A stretch of 64,000 nucleotides of DNA from Candidatus Eiseniibacteriota bacterium. Its GTDB lineage: Bacteria; Eisenbacteria; RBG-16-71-46. The notes under the pieces were generated by a model that saw nothing but the letters and a program-made list of their open reading frames with translations, was not told the origin of the DNA and searched no databases. The stretch lies in the NCBI GenBank assembly GCA_035712145.1, contig DASTBI010000115.1, positions 3,827 through 67,826 on the forward strand, read 5' to 3'. The position numbers and the translations under genes were made by a program. Shown here piece after piece: positions 9,491 through 18,753 of this stretch (the first letter of the stretch is position 1; each line of letters opens with the position of its first letter).

Positions 9491-11086
9491 ATGCATCGCT
9501 TCGGAAACGCCGCAAGCCTTCGACAGGCTCCTTTGTTCGCCGCGCTTCTCTTGGGCTTGGCCGTCTGTGTCTCGAGCCCGCCGGCGAGCGCGGAGCCACC
9601 GCCGACGTTCGAGCTCGAATGGTCCACGACACCGTACGGCAGCGCGCTGTCCATTCCCACCGGCATCACCGTCGACAACGAGGGGAACGTGACGGTCAGC
9701 GAGCGCTCGCCACAACTCATCATGTCCTTCACCCCAACCGGGACGTTTCGGACAGCCTGGGAGGTGCCTGGGTCCGGCACCTGCTTCCCCCAGCCATTGG
9801 GACTGGATGTGGATGGAAGTGGGAACACCTGGATCACCGACTTCGCTTGTAGTCGTATCGCGAAGTTCGACCCGAATCATGCGTTCGTCGGAGCTCTCAC
9901 CGGTTTCTCTCGGCCCGGTGGAGTCGCGGTCGGGCCGGATGGCAGCGTGTACGTGGCGGACACCTTCAATCACCGGATCCGGAAGTTCATGAACGACGCA
10001 TTCGTCCTGGGCTGGGGAAGCATGGGATCCGACCCTGGGCAATTCAACACCCCCTGGGACGTCGCGACGGACGCTGCCGGCAACGTGTACGTGCTGGACT
10101 CCTTCAACCAGCGGGTCCAGGTGTTCAACAGCTCAGGGGTGCTGCTCAGGATGTTCGGCGAGGCCGGATTCGGGGTCGACCATCTCATCCAGCCGATGGG
10201 TCTGGCCGTGGATGCCACGTTGAATGTCTACGTCGCCGATACGGGAAACAATCAGATCGTGAAGTTCGGACCCACCGGCGAGCGGCTGGCGGTCTGGGGT
10301 GGCTATGGCTTCAGCCCCGGCCAGATGATCGCGCCCAACGACGTGACGGTCGACGCCGCCGGGCACGTGTACGTCGTGGACAGCGGCAACAGGAGGATCC
10401 AGAGGTTCGCGGCGCCGCTCGTCGCGGGTCTGCACGTCGAGCCGCGCACGCTCAACGTTCGATCCGGAGGCCGCTGGGTGACCGCTTACATCGAGCCGCC
10501 AGCGCCTTATCTCCCGGCGGACATCAGCATCGAGTCGCTGACCCTCAATGGCGTGTCGGTCGATGTGGCCGCCCCGGTCGGCACCGACGATCTCGACGGT
10601 GACGGCATCGCCGAGCTCGTCGTGCGCTTCTCGAGGGAAGCCCTCGTCGCCACCGCACCGGGGGGAGCCACGGAGATGACCCTGAGACTCGCGGGTACGG
10701 TGTCGGGGTCGAACTTCACCGGCGAGGACATCGTCAAAGTCGTGGGCAACGGCGACATCCTGACCTGGGACCCGGGATTGGGATCGGCGCAATCGATGCC
10801 GGGAGCAGGCTCGGAGAAGCTCGAGCTGCGGGCCATCATCCCCAACCCGGTACGTGCGGGCTCGTCCATGAGCGTGGCCTTCAGCGCTCGCGCCGACGCG
10901 CCCGCCGTGCTCGAGCTCATCGACCTGTCGGGCCGACGGGTGACGCGAGCCGAGCTGAGCACCGGAGGGCAAGGATGGAGGAGCGCCAAGGTCCCGCTCG
11001 AGCGCGCGCTTCCGTCGGGTCTCTATCTGGTACGGATCACCCAGCATTCACAGGTGGCCACGGCTAAGCTCGCAGTGATCGATTAG
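9491..11086 (+). CDS. NHL-repeat beta-propeller protein with T9SS C-terminal sorting domain
   Basis: ATG at 9491 gives MHRFGNAASLRQAPLFAALLLGLAVCVSSPPASA, a signal peptide. At least five NHL-type blades (YVADTFNHRIRKF, YVLDSFNQRVQVFN, YVADTGNNQIVKF, YVVDSGNRRIQRF). The C-terminal tail ...GLYLVRITQHSQVATAKLAVID is a T9SS/FlgD-Ig-like CTD. Confidence 0.75.
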   Translation: MHRFGNAASLRQAPLFAALLLGLAVCVSSPPASAEPPPTFELEWSTTPYGSALSIPTGITVDNEGNVTVSERSPQLIMSFTPTGTFRTAWEVPGSGTCFPQPLGLDVDGSGNTWITDFACSRIAKFDPNHAFVGALTGFSRPGGVAVGPDGSVYVADTFNHRIRKFMNDAFVLGWGSMGSDPGQFNTPWDVATDAAGNVYVLDSFNQRVQVFNSSGVLLRMFGEAGFGVDHLIQPMGLAVDATLNVYVADTGNNQIVKFGPTGERLAVWGGYGFSPGQMIAPNDVTVDAAGHVYVVDSGNRRIQRFAAPLVAGLHVEPRTLNVRSGGRWVTAYIEPPAPYLPADISIESLTLNGVSVDVAAPVGTDDLDGDGIAELVVRFSREALVATAPGGATEMTLRLAGTVSGSNFTGEDIVKVVGNGDILTWDPGLGSAQSMPGAGSEKLELRAIIPNPVRAGSSMSVAFSARADAPAVLELIDLSGRRVTRAELSTGGQGWRSAKVPLERALPSGLYLVRITQHSQVATAKLAVID

Positions 11087-11096
11087 CCGCGCGGCG

Positions 11097-11672
11097 TCAG
11101 GCGGGCGTGGTGGGCTTTGGAGGTTCCTCGGCGAGCAGCGTTTTCATGGTGGCCAGCGTCCGAGGGTCCCACCAGTCCACCTCGCCCGCCTGGGCGACGG
11201 CGATGCGGCCCGAGCGGTCGAGCACGTAGGTATAGGGGATGCTCGGGCACGGAAGCGCCCGGCGCAGCTCGCCCGGGCCGTCCAGCAGCACGGGAAGTCG
11301 CAGGCGCTGGCGGGCCACGTAGCGAGCCACCGAGGGAAAGGGATCGCTGCACGCGATCACCACGCGCAGGCCCTCGAGCGAGGGCTCGCGCCGCAAGGAG
11401 TCGAGATCCCGGGCCTGCTCGCGTGAGTGGCGCTCCCAGGGCGCCCAGTAGTGGATGAGCAGCACTTCCTCTCCCGCGTGCAAGCGGTGCATGCCCGCGG
11501 GGACCGCGGGCAGCACGACGTCGAAGGCGGCTTTCGTGCGCTCGGCATCGGGGCGCGCGATCAATGGGCGAGGGGCGTCGCCGGGGCGGGCGACGGTGAA
11601 CAGCTCGGCGCGCCACACCCACATCGCCAGCCCCACCACCGCGATCAACGGGATCGCGATGCGGGCTCTCAT
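11097..11672 (-). CDS. TlpA/ResA-like thioredoxin-fold protein lacking the CxxC active site
   Basis: N-terminal TM anchor. The thioredoxin-fold core reads LLIHYWAPWERHSREQARDL, aligning to the TlpA signature FWASWCGPCR with both Cys replaced (E and S). Its start overlaps the cstA stop by 4 nt. Confidence 0.55.
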   Translation of the reverse strand: MRARIAIPLIAVVGLAMWVWRAELFTVARPGDAPRPLIARPDAERTKAAFDVVLPAVPAGMHRLHAGEEVLLIHYWAPWERHSREQARDLDSLRREPSLEGLRVVIACSDPFPSVARYVARQRLRLPVLLDGPGELRRALPCPSIPYTYVLDRSGRIAVAQAGEVDWWDPRTLATMKTLLAEEPPKPTTPA

Positions 11673-13525
11673 GACGACGCCATCGCCTCAGCGGGTTCCG
11701 GCGCTTCGGCCTTCTCCCCCCGGCGCACGGCGCGAGCCCACTGGACGAGGCTGTCCACGATCACGATCACCAGCAGGGCCATGATGATCAGGGTCATGAC
11801 GCTCTGCAGCTTGGCGGGAGCGGGAGCCTGGACGAATGCCGCCCAGATCGACGGCGCTCCGGCCGCGAGCTGGGGCCGCAGGTAGTTGACGCTCAGATTG
11901 AGCCAGCCGGCGGTGAGCGTATTCACGCACATGAAGGCGAGCGGAGCGAGCGTGCACCAGGCGTAGCGGGCCTTGCCCATGTTGATCAGCACCGAGGTCC
12001 CGATGGCGAGCGCGAACGCCGCGAGCAGCTGGTTCGCCACCCCCAGCATGGGCCAGATGGTGCTCACCGTCCCGGTCCACACGAAATAGCCCCAGCCCGC
12101 GGTGGCGAGCGCGCTGAACAGCAACGCCGGCGCCAGGCCCTTCCACTGGCGTAGCGCGGGCATGACCATGCCGCCCACCTCCTGCAGCATGTAGCGAGTG
12201 ACTCGCGTGCCGGTGTCGATCAGCGTGAGCACGAACATCGCCTCGAACATGATGGCGAAGTGGTACCAGAAGCCCATCAAGCCCTTGAGGAAAGGCAGCG
12301 AGGCGAAGATCTGGGCCATGCCGACGGCGAGCGAGACCGCTCCGCCCGGGCGTCCGGCGAGGCTCTCGCCGACCTGCCGTTCGAGCTCGGGGAGATTCTG
12401 CACCGCCATGCCGAGCTGCGCGAACACCTCGGGCCGCGCGTTGATCGCGAAGTAGTCCGACGGATGGAGCGCGCAGGCGGCGATCAGGGCCATGACCCCG
12501 ACGAAGCCTTCGAGCACCATCGCGCCGTAGGAGATGGGGAGGATGTGGCGCTCGCGGTCGATCATCTTGGGCGTGGTTCCCGAGGCGATGAGGGAATGGA
12601 ACCCCGAGATCGCGCCGCAGGCGATGGTGATGAAGACGAAGGGAAAGAGCGTTCCCGGAAAGACCGGGCCGCCGCCATGGATGAACGGGGTGAAGGCGGG
12701 CATCTGCAGGCGCGGATTCACCACGATCACGCCGAGCGCCAGCAGGACGACCGCTCCGATCTTCATGAAGCTCGAGAGGTAGTCGCGCGGGCACAAGAGG
12801 AGCCACACCGGGAGCACCGAGGCGATGAAGCCGTAGGCCATGATCCCGATCGCGATGCCGTGTTGCGGGTACACGAACCAGCCGCGGAACGGAGCATTCT
12901 GCACCCACGCGCCCGCGGCCACCGAGCCCAGCAACAGCACGACGCCGATCGCCGTGACGGTACGCACCGAGCCTGGGCGGATCTTGTAGGACCAGATCCC
13001 CATGCCGAGCGCGATCGGAATGGTGAGGACGATGCTGACCACGCCCCAGGCGCTGTCGCGCAGCGCGTTGGTCACCACCAGCGCCATGGCCGCGAGCGCC
13101 ACCACCATGACGAACACGATCGCCACCGCGGTCGCCGCGCCGGTGAGCGGGCTCACCTCCTCGCGCGCGATGTTGGCCAGCGAGCGGCCGCCGCGCCGCA
13201 CCGACGCCATGAGGATGACGAAGTCGTGCACCCCGCCCGCCAGCACCGAGCCGACCAGGAGCCACAGGAACCCCGGGAAGTAGCCGAACTGCGCGGCGAG
13301 CACCGGTCCGATCAGCGGCCCCGCGCCGGCGATCGCCGCGAAGTGGTGCCCGAACAGGACCACCGGGTGGGTGGGCACGAAGTCATGGCCGTCCCGATGG
13401 GTGTGGGCCGGGGTGCGGCGCAAGTCATCGAGCGTGGCCACTTTGGCGGCCAGGAACGCCCCGTACGTGCGGTAGGCGATCACAGCGACCAGGGCCGAGA
13501 CGACGACCAGGTAGAGAGCGGGCAT
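11669..13525 (-). CDS. cstA: carbon starvation protein A (peptide/pyruvate transporter CstA family)
   Basis: 618 aa, with at least 16 predicted TM helices. Conserved CstA N-terminus (AFLAAKVATLDDLRRTPAH...VPTHPVVLFGHHFAAIAGAGPLIGPVLAAQFGY). Confidence 0.9.
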   Translation of the reverse strand: MPALYLVVVSALVAVIAYRTYGAFLAAKVATLDDLRRTPAHTHRDGHDFVPTHPVVLFGHHFAAIAGAGPLIGPVLAAQFGYFPGFLWLLVGSVLAGGVHDFVILMASVRRGGRSLANIAREEVSPLTGAATAVAIVFVMVVALAAMALVVTNALRDSAWGVVSIVLTIPIALGMGIWSYKIRPGSVRTVTAIGVVLLLGSVAAGAWVQNAPFRGWFVYPQHGIAIGIMAYGFIASVLPVWLLLCPRDYLSSFMKIGAVVLLALGVIVVNPRLQMPAFTPFIHGGGPVFPGTLFPFVFITIACGAISGFHSLIASGTTPKMIDRERHILPISYGAMVLEGFVGVMALIAACALHPSDYFAINARPEVFAQLGMAVQNLPELERQVGESLAGRPGGAVSLAVGMAQIFASLPFLKGLMGFWYHFAIMFEAMFVLTLIDTGTRVTRYMLQEVGGMVMPALRQWKGLAPALLFSALATAGWGYFVWTGTVSTIWPMLGVANQLLAAFALAIGTSVLINMGKARYAWCTLAPLAFMCVNTLTAGWLNLSVNYLRPQLAAGAPSIWAAFVQAPAPAKLQSVMTLIIMALLVIVIVDSLVQWARAVRRGEKAEAPEPAEAMASS

Positions 13526-13563
13526 CCAGACTCCGGATCAAGGGAACGGACGAAGCGCCGATA

Positions 13564-14163
13564 GTGTATGAGGGCGGCGCGATCGTCCACAACGCCGCCG
13601 AGGGAGGGAGCTTGAGAGCTGGCTTCATTCTCATCTGCTTGGCGATCACGGGTTGCGCGAGCGCGCGCGTTCCGGTCGCGCTCAGGACCGAGGCCGACGC
13701 GCGTCCCGTGGAGGGCGAGACCCGAATCTTCCTGCTGAGCGAAACCTCGGTGCCCATGGGCGCCCGCGGCTTCGGCCAGTTCACCGGCGACTCGTTCGTG
13801 GTCTATCGGCCGGTCGAGCAGCAGGGAGGAGCGAGCGCTTACCGCCGGGACGTCTACCGGGTGGGACGGTCGGGAATCCAGGTCGGTGGCTACACGCTCA
13901 CCGACGGCCGTCACCTGCGCTTCAACGGCACCGTGCGGCGGGAAGGTGATCGGCTGGTCTTCCACCGGATCCAGTCGGCGCGCAGCATGGAGAAGGTCGA
14001 GCCGACGACCGAGGTGTCCCTCGCGATGAGCGAGGTCCGGGCGGTGGATGCATTGCTTCCCGACGCGGGCAAGACCGTGATCATGATCAGCGGGGTCATG
14101 CTGATCATCCTCACCGCCCTCGGCCTCGCCTTCAAATCGGCGATGAGCGAGCCGCTGTTCTGA
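13564..14163 (+). CDS. dual-anchored lipoprotein, paralog A
   Basis: Lipobox LAITGC. C-terminal TM helix (VIMISGVMLIILTALGLAF). About 45-50% identical to the downstream paralog (ETRIFLLSE...VVYRP...RSGIQVGGYTLTDGRHLRFNGTVRREGDRLVF). The start could instead be a TTG at 13612, which has a GAGGGAGG SD. Confidence 0.55.
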   Translation: MYEGGAIVHNAAEGGSLRAGFILICLAITGCASARVPVALRTEADARPVEGETRIFLLSETSVPMGARGFGQFTGDSFVVYRPVEQQGGASAYRRDVYRVGRSGIQVGGYTLTDGRHLRFNGTVRREGDRLVFHRIQSARSMEKVEPTTEVSLAMSEVRAVDALLPDAGKTVIMISGVMLIILTALGLAFKSAMSEPLF

Positions 14164-14168
14164 GCCTT

Positions 14169-14223
14169 AGCTCGCGCGCTTGAGCTTGCTGCGGATCCGG
14201 CGCTCGTTGGGCGGCGCTCCGCT
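14169..14223. repeat. 55-nt exact direct repeat, copy 1 (orphan copy of the pilB 3' end)
   Basis: agctcgcgcgcttgagcttgctgcggatccggcgctcgttgggcggcgctccgct is identical to 14892..14946. On the minus strand it encodes ...GAPPNERRIRSKLKRAS, the C-terminus of PilB. The flanks differ. Confidence 0.85.
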
Positions 14224-14319
14224 GGGGGCGCCACCCTTTGTGGCGTAGTCTAGCGCCTTCACCGGCTCGACAACGGCAGGCCGAGTGGCGTGCGAGCATC
14301 CTGGAGGAGGCTGCTGATC

Positions 14320-14886
14320 ATGAATGCCACGCCCCGAGTGATCCTGGTGACGGCCTGGCTGCTTCTCGCCGGCTGTGCGACCGGCAAAGATCGCATCGCG
14401 TTCCGGAGCGAGGAAGGCTCGAGACCACTGGTCGGAGAGAACCGGATCTTTCTGCTCCCGGAGTCTCATGTGCCGGACGGCGCCAGGGGTTGGGGAGAGT
14501 TCGTGGGCGATACGCTGGTGGTCTACCGGCCTGCGCCCGAGATCGGAACCGAGCGCGCCTACTACGAGCGCAAGAGCTATCCGCTGCGCACCTCAGGGAT
14601 TTCGATCGGGAGCTACACCCTCCGCGACGGTCGACAGGTGTCTTTCAAAGGAACAATGCACCGATCCGATGACCGCGTGATCTTTCGCAGCACGCCATCC
14701 CGAGGTATGGAGAAGAAAGCGACTTCGCAGGAGGTCGCGTTTGCCATCCACGAGGTCCGATCGGTGGACCTCGTGACGGCGGAGGCGGCCACGGGCAACA
14801 TGGCGATCGCTCTACTGATCATGGGGGCGATCGCGACGGCCGCGGTTGTTTTGACAGTGCTTGGCGCCGGTTTCTGGATGCTCTGA
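14320..14886 (+). CDS. dual-anchored lipoprotein, paralog B
   Basis: ATG at 14320 with GGAGGAGG SD. MNATPRVILVTAWLLLAGC lipobox. C-terminal TM helix. Paralogous to 13564..14163. Confidence 0.6.
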   Translation: MNATPRVILVTAWLLLAGCATGKDRIAFRSEEGSRPLVGENRIFLLPESHVPDGARGWGEFVGDTLVVYRPAPEIGTERAYYERKSYPLRTSGISIGSYTLRDGRQVSFKGTMHRSDDRVIFRSTPSRGMEKKATSQEVAFAIHEVRSVDLVTAEAATGNMAIALLIMGAIATAAVVLTVLGAGFWML

Positions 14887-14889
14887 AGC

Positions 14890-16857
14890 TCAGCTCGCGC
14901 GCTTGAGCTTGCTGCGGATCCGGCGCTCGTTGGGCGGCGCTCCGCTCGCGGCCGCCTCGCCGGTGACGTCCTCGCCGTCCGACTCCCCGCAGTAGGGGCA
15001 GAAGGTCCACTTGGGATCCATGCGGCGGCGGCAATGCCGGCAGTGCTCGCCGACGTACTCCCCGCAGCTCGGGCAGTAGTCGAATTCCTGGGCGAGCACG
15101 TCATTGCACGAGGGGCACATCTTCACGCCGGTCTCGGCGAGATAGACCACGCGCGTCACTTCCTCGAGCGTGGTCTTTCCGCTCAGCACCTTTTGCAGCC
15201 CGTCCTCGCCGATGGTCCGCATGCCGGCTTCGACGGCGGCCTGCCGGATCGCGCTGTCGGGCGCGGACGCGGAGACCAGGCCGCGCACGGTGTCGTCGAC
15301 GTGCAGCACCTCGAAGATGCCGGTCCGGCCGTGGTAACCCGTCTGGCGACAGTGGGAGCAGCCGCGGCCGCGCGTCAGCGTGACCGAGCCTTCGGCGATC
15401 TCGCGGACGCCGAGCCGGCTCAGGTTGGAGGCGTTGACCTCGTAGGCCTCCTTGCAGCGCGGGCACAGCGTGCGGACCAGGCGCATGCTGACCACGCCGA
15501 TCAGGGAAGAAGCCACCATGAAGGGCTCGAGGCCGAGATCGATGAGCCGCGTGACCGCGCTGGCCGCGTCGTTGGTGTGCACCGTCGTGAGCACCAGATG
15601 GCCGGTCACCGAGGCGCGGAAGGCGATCTGCGCGGTCTCTTTGTCGCGGATCTCGCCGACCATGATCACGTCCGGATCCTGCCGCAGGATGGCGCGCAGC
15701 GCGATGGGGAAGGACTTCTTGGCTTTTTCGTCGACCTGGACCTGATTGATCCCCGCGATCTGGAACTCCACCGGATCCTCGACCGTCACGATGTTCTTGG
15801 TCTCGTGCTGGATGTGGCGCAACGCCGCATAGAGCAGGGTGCTCTTGCCCGACCCCGTCGGCCCGGTGACGAGCAGGATGCCTTGCGGCCGATCGAGGAA
15901 TCGCTTCACGTTCGTCTCGTCGTCGGCGAGGAAGCCGATGTCGCCGAGATCCATGCCGGCCTGCTTCTGGTCGACCACTCGAATCACGACCTTCTCGCCG
16001 TGCGTGGTCGGCAGCGTCGACACGCGCATGTCCACGCGATGGCCGCGGATCTCGACCACCAGACGGCCGTCCTGGGGCTGGCGCTTCTCGGCGATGTCGA
16101 GATTCGAGAGCACCTTGATGCGGGACACGATCGCCCCCTGGGTCCATTTGGGGAGCTTCTGGATTTCGTGCAGCAGTCCGTCGATCCGGAAGCGCACCAG
16201 CAGGTGGCGATCCTGCGGCTCGATATGGATGTCGCTGGCGCGCTCCTCGGCGGAGCGGTGCAGCAGCCAGTTGGTGAGCCGCACGATCGGGCGGCCTTCG
16301 GCTTCGCGGATCAGCTCGTCGATCGCCTCGGCCCGGTCGACATCGCGGATGGTGGCGATCTCGACGTCCTCTTCGGCGCTGATGATGTTGTTGATGACCT
16401 CGTTCATCGAGCGATCGATGTGGTAATAGCGCTCGATCGACTCGGCGATCGCCGAAGGCATGGCCAGCACCGGCTGGATGAACATGCCGCTGTGGAAGCG
16501 CAGGTCCTCGAGCGCCGCCACGTTGAGCGGATCGGCCATCGCCACGACCAGCGTGGAGCGGCCTTCGACCCGGATCGGCAGCGCCGCGTACTTCCGCGCC
16601 AGCTCCTCGCGGATCAGCGTGAGCGCCTGCTCGTCGGCGGATTCTTCGTTGAGGTCGAGGAGCGGAAGGCCGAGCTGCTCCTGCAGAGTCTTCATCAGCG
16701 TGGCTTCGGCGAGGATTCCGAGCCGCACCAGCGTGGCGCCGAGCAGCTCACCCGAGCGGCGCTGCTCCGCGATCGCGTCGGTCAAATCCTGCGGCGTGAT
16801 GACGTTGGCCTCGATCAGCATGTCGCCGAGGCGCTTGTGAGGCTTGGCCATGGGCAC
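14890..16857 (-). CDS. pilB: type IV pilus assembly / type II secretion ATPase (PilB/GspE family) with N-terminal MshEN-type domain and extra C-terminal double zinc-ribbon
   Basis: GSPII_E N-domain (ANVITPQDLTDAIAEQRRSGELLGATLVRLGIL). Walker A GPTGSGKST. Asp box, Walker B and His box present. Canonical tetracysteine motif (CPRC...CSHC). An additional ~75-aa tail carries 8 Cys (CPSC..CPSC..CRHC..CPYC) and a basic end RRIRSKLKRAS. Confidence 0.9.
   Translation of the reverse strand: MPMAKPHKRLGDMLIEANVITPQDLTDAIAEQRRSGELLGATLVRLGILAEATLMKTLQEQLGLPLLDLNEESADEQALTLIREELARKYAALPIRVEGRSTLVVAMADPLNVAALEDLRFHSGMFIQPVLAMPSAIAESIERYYHIDRSMNEVINNIISAEEDVEIATIRDVDRAEAIDELIREAEGRPIVRLTNWLLHRSAEERASDIHIEPQDRHLLVRFRIDGLLHEIQKLPKWTQGAIVSRIKVLSNLDIAEKRQPQDGRLVVEIRGHRVDMRVSTLPTTHGEKVVIRVVDQKQAGMDLGDIGFLADDETNVKRFLDRPQGILLVTGPTGSGKSTLLYAALRHIQHETKNIVTVEDPVEFQIAGINQVQVDEKAKKSFPIALRAILRQDPDVIMVGEIRDKETAQIAFRASVTGHLVLTTVHTNDAASAVTRLIDLGLEPFMVASSLIGVVSMRLVRTLCPRCKEAYEVNASNLSRLGVREIAEGSVTLTRGRGCSHCRQTGYHGRTGIFEVLHVDDTVRGLVSASAPDSAIRQAAVEAGMRTIGEDGLQKVLSGKTTLEEVTRVVYLAETGVKMCPSCNDVLAQEFDYCPSCGEYVGEHCRHCRRRMDPKWTFCPYCGESDGEDVTGEAAASGAPPNERRIRSKLKRAS
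14892..14946. repeat. 55-nt exact direct repeat, copy 2 (native 3' end of pilB)
   Basis: Identical to 14169..14223. It forms the last 17 codons of the PilB-like gene. Confidence 0.85.
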
Positions 16858-16970
16858 TCCCAGTGGGGACTCCGGAGTTATCGGCCGGAGGCGCGCGCCG
16901 ATCCAGGGCGGTTTCGATCGCGCGGGGGGGCTTCTTGTGGGGCTCGAAGCGGCCGTGCTAGCGTGCGGCT

Positions 16971-18749
16971 GTGTCCGACTCGACCTCCGCTCCCGGCGCC
17001 ACGGAGGTCCCGCCGCCGGCAGAGTCCGCGGAAGACCTCCATTCCATTCTGGCCACGCTGGCCGATCGCCCGACCTCGTCCCGCTTCAACGACCTGGTGC
17101 GGGCCGCGAGCCGTCATGCCCGCGAGCTGGTGCGCTGCGAGGTCGCGCGCATCTGGGTGCTGCGGCGCGGAGGCCGCCGCCTGGTGGCGCGCGACTTTCC
17201 GGAAAGCGAGCAGGCGAAGCCCATCGAGCACCGGCTGGCCTCGCATGAAGGCCTGGCCGGGTGGGTGGTGTCGCGCGGACGTGCCGTGCGGCTCGGATCC
17301 GGCGAGCTGCCGCCGGGATTCCTGGGGGAGCCCCCGCGGTTCCGCTCGGCGGTGGTCGTGCCGCTCAGACGCCGCGGCGAAGCCTTCGCCGCGCTCGAGT
17401 GCATCGACCGCCGCGACGGCCTGCCGTTCGACGATGACGACCTGGAGCGGCTGGAAGAGGAGGCCCACCATCTGTCGGTGGCGCTCGACAACGCGCTGCT
17501 CACCGTCGAGCTCGAGCGCAAGGCGCTCGAGAAGGACGTGCTCTTCGAGGTCACGAAGGTCCTTTCGGCCACGCTCGACATCGACGAGGTGTTCGAGGCC
17601 ATCTTCCGGTCGCTTCGCCAGGTGGTGCCTTACGACGCCGCGGCCATCTACCTCGTCAATCCCAAGACGCTGGCGCTCGAGCAGGTGAGCGACGTCGGCT
17701 ACCCCGAAGGATCGGACGAAGCGTTCCATCTCGGCGTGGGCGTGGGTCTCGTGGGGTGGGTGGCCAAGACCGGCGAGGCGGTCATCGTTCCCGACGTGAG
17801 GCACGATGCGCGCTACGTCGCCGCGCGGCCGGCGACGCGCAGCGAGCTCGCCGCCCCGCTCATGGTCGAAGGCCGCACCATCGGCGTCTTCAACCTCGAG
17901 AACGACCTCGAGGACTTCTTCCACGAGAACCATCTCGAGCTGCTCACGGCCTTCGCCTCCCACGCGGCGGTGGCCATCGAGCGCGCACGGCTGACCCGCG
18001 AGCTGCTCGAGCGCCGTCGCCTCGAGAAGGAGCTGGCGATCGCGCGCGACATCCAGCTCTCGTTCCTGCCCAAGCGGGCGCCGCAGATCCCGGGCTTCGA
18101 GCTGGCAGGGGCGGCCCTGCCCCACACCGAGGTGGGGGGCGACTACTACGACTTCATCCCGGTGTCCGACTCACGGCTCGGGCTCGCGATCGCCGACGTG
18201 TCGGGCAAGGGGATCCCGGCGGGGTTGCTGATGGCGGGGTTCCGCATGAGCCTGCTCGCGGAGATCCGCAATGACTTCGCGATCCGCGCCGTGATGCGCA
18301 AGGTGAACACGCTGCTGCACGAGAGCATCGAGCGCGACAAGTTCGTCACCGCCTTCTATGGCGTGCTCGATTACAAGAACCGCGTCCTGATCTTCTCCAA
18401 TGCCGGCCACAATCCGCCGATCCTGGCGCGGGCCGATGGCACGATCGAGCAGCTGGTGGAAGGCGGTGTGGCGCTGGGCGTGCTGCCGGACGCGGTCTAC
18501 GAGGAGCGTCCGATCGCCGTCCACCCCGGCGATGTGCTGCTGCTCTACACCGACGGCGCTACGGAAGCCGAGTCCCCGAGCGGCGAGCAGTTCGGGCAGT
18601 GGCGTCTCGAGCAGCTGGTCTCGAGCTTGCGTGAGCGGTCGGCCGCCGAGATCCTCGAGGCGGTGGTCGACGAAGTGCTCGAGTGGGTGGGGGAGCGCGG
18701 GCAGAACGACGACCTCACGCTGATGGTCGTGAAGGGCAAGCTCGACTAG
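16971..18749 (+). CDS. GAF-GAF-PP2C (SpoIIE/RsbU-like) serine/threonine phosphatase
   Basis: Two GAF-like segments. The C-terminal PPM-type phosphatase domain reads GGDYYDF...GLAIADVSGKGIPAGL...FSNAGHNPP...YTDGATEA...DDLTLMVV. Confidence 0.85.
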   Translation: MSDSTSAPGATEVPPPAESAEDLHSILATLADRPTSSRFNDLVRAASRHARELVRCEVARIWVLRRGGRRLVARDFPESEQAKPIEHRLASHEGLAGWVVSRGRAVRLGSGELPPGFLGEPPRFRSAVVVPLRRRGEAFAALECIDRRDGLPFDDDDLERLEEEAHHLSVALDNALLTVELERKALEKDVLFEVTKVLSATLDIDEVFEAIFRSLRQVVPYDAAAIYLVNPKTLALEQVSDVGYPEGSDEAFHLGVGVGLVGWVAKTGEAVIVPDVRHDARYVAARPATRSELAAPLMVEGRTIGVFNLENDLEDFFHENHLELLTAFASHAAVAIERARLTRELLERRRLEKELAIARDIQLSFLPKRAPQIPGFELAGAALPHTEVGGDYYDFIPVSDSRLGLAIADVSGKGIPAGLLMAGFRMSLLAEIRNDFAIRAVMRKVNTLLHESIERDKFVTAFYGVLDYKNRVLIFSNAGHNPPILARADGTIEQLVEGGVALGVLPDAVYEERPIAVHPGDVLLLYTDGATEAESPSGEQFGQWRLEQLVSSLRERSAAEILEAVVDEVLEWVGERGQNDDLTLMVVKGKLD

Positions 18750-18753
18750 GCGT

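Noticed and set aside
14167-14469. 100-aa minus-strand ORF ending ...GAPPNERRIRSKLKRAS
   Set aside because: Only the last 17 codons are meaningful. They are the duplicated pilB 3' end. The rest of the ORF is low-complexity, so it is a remnant rather than a gene.
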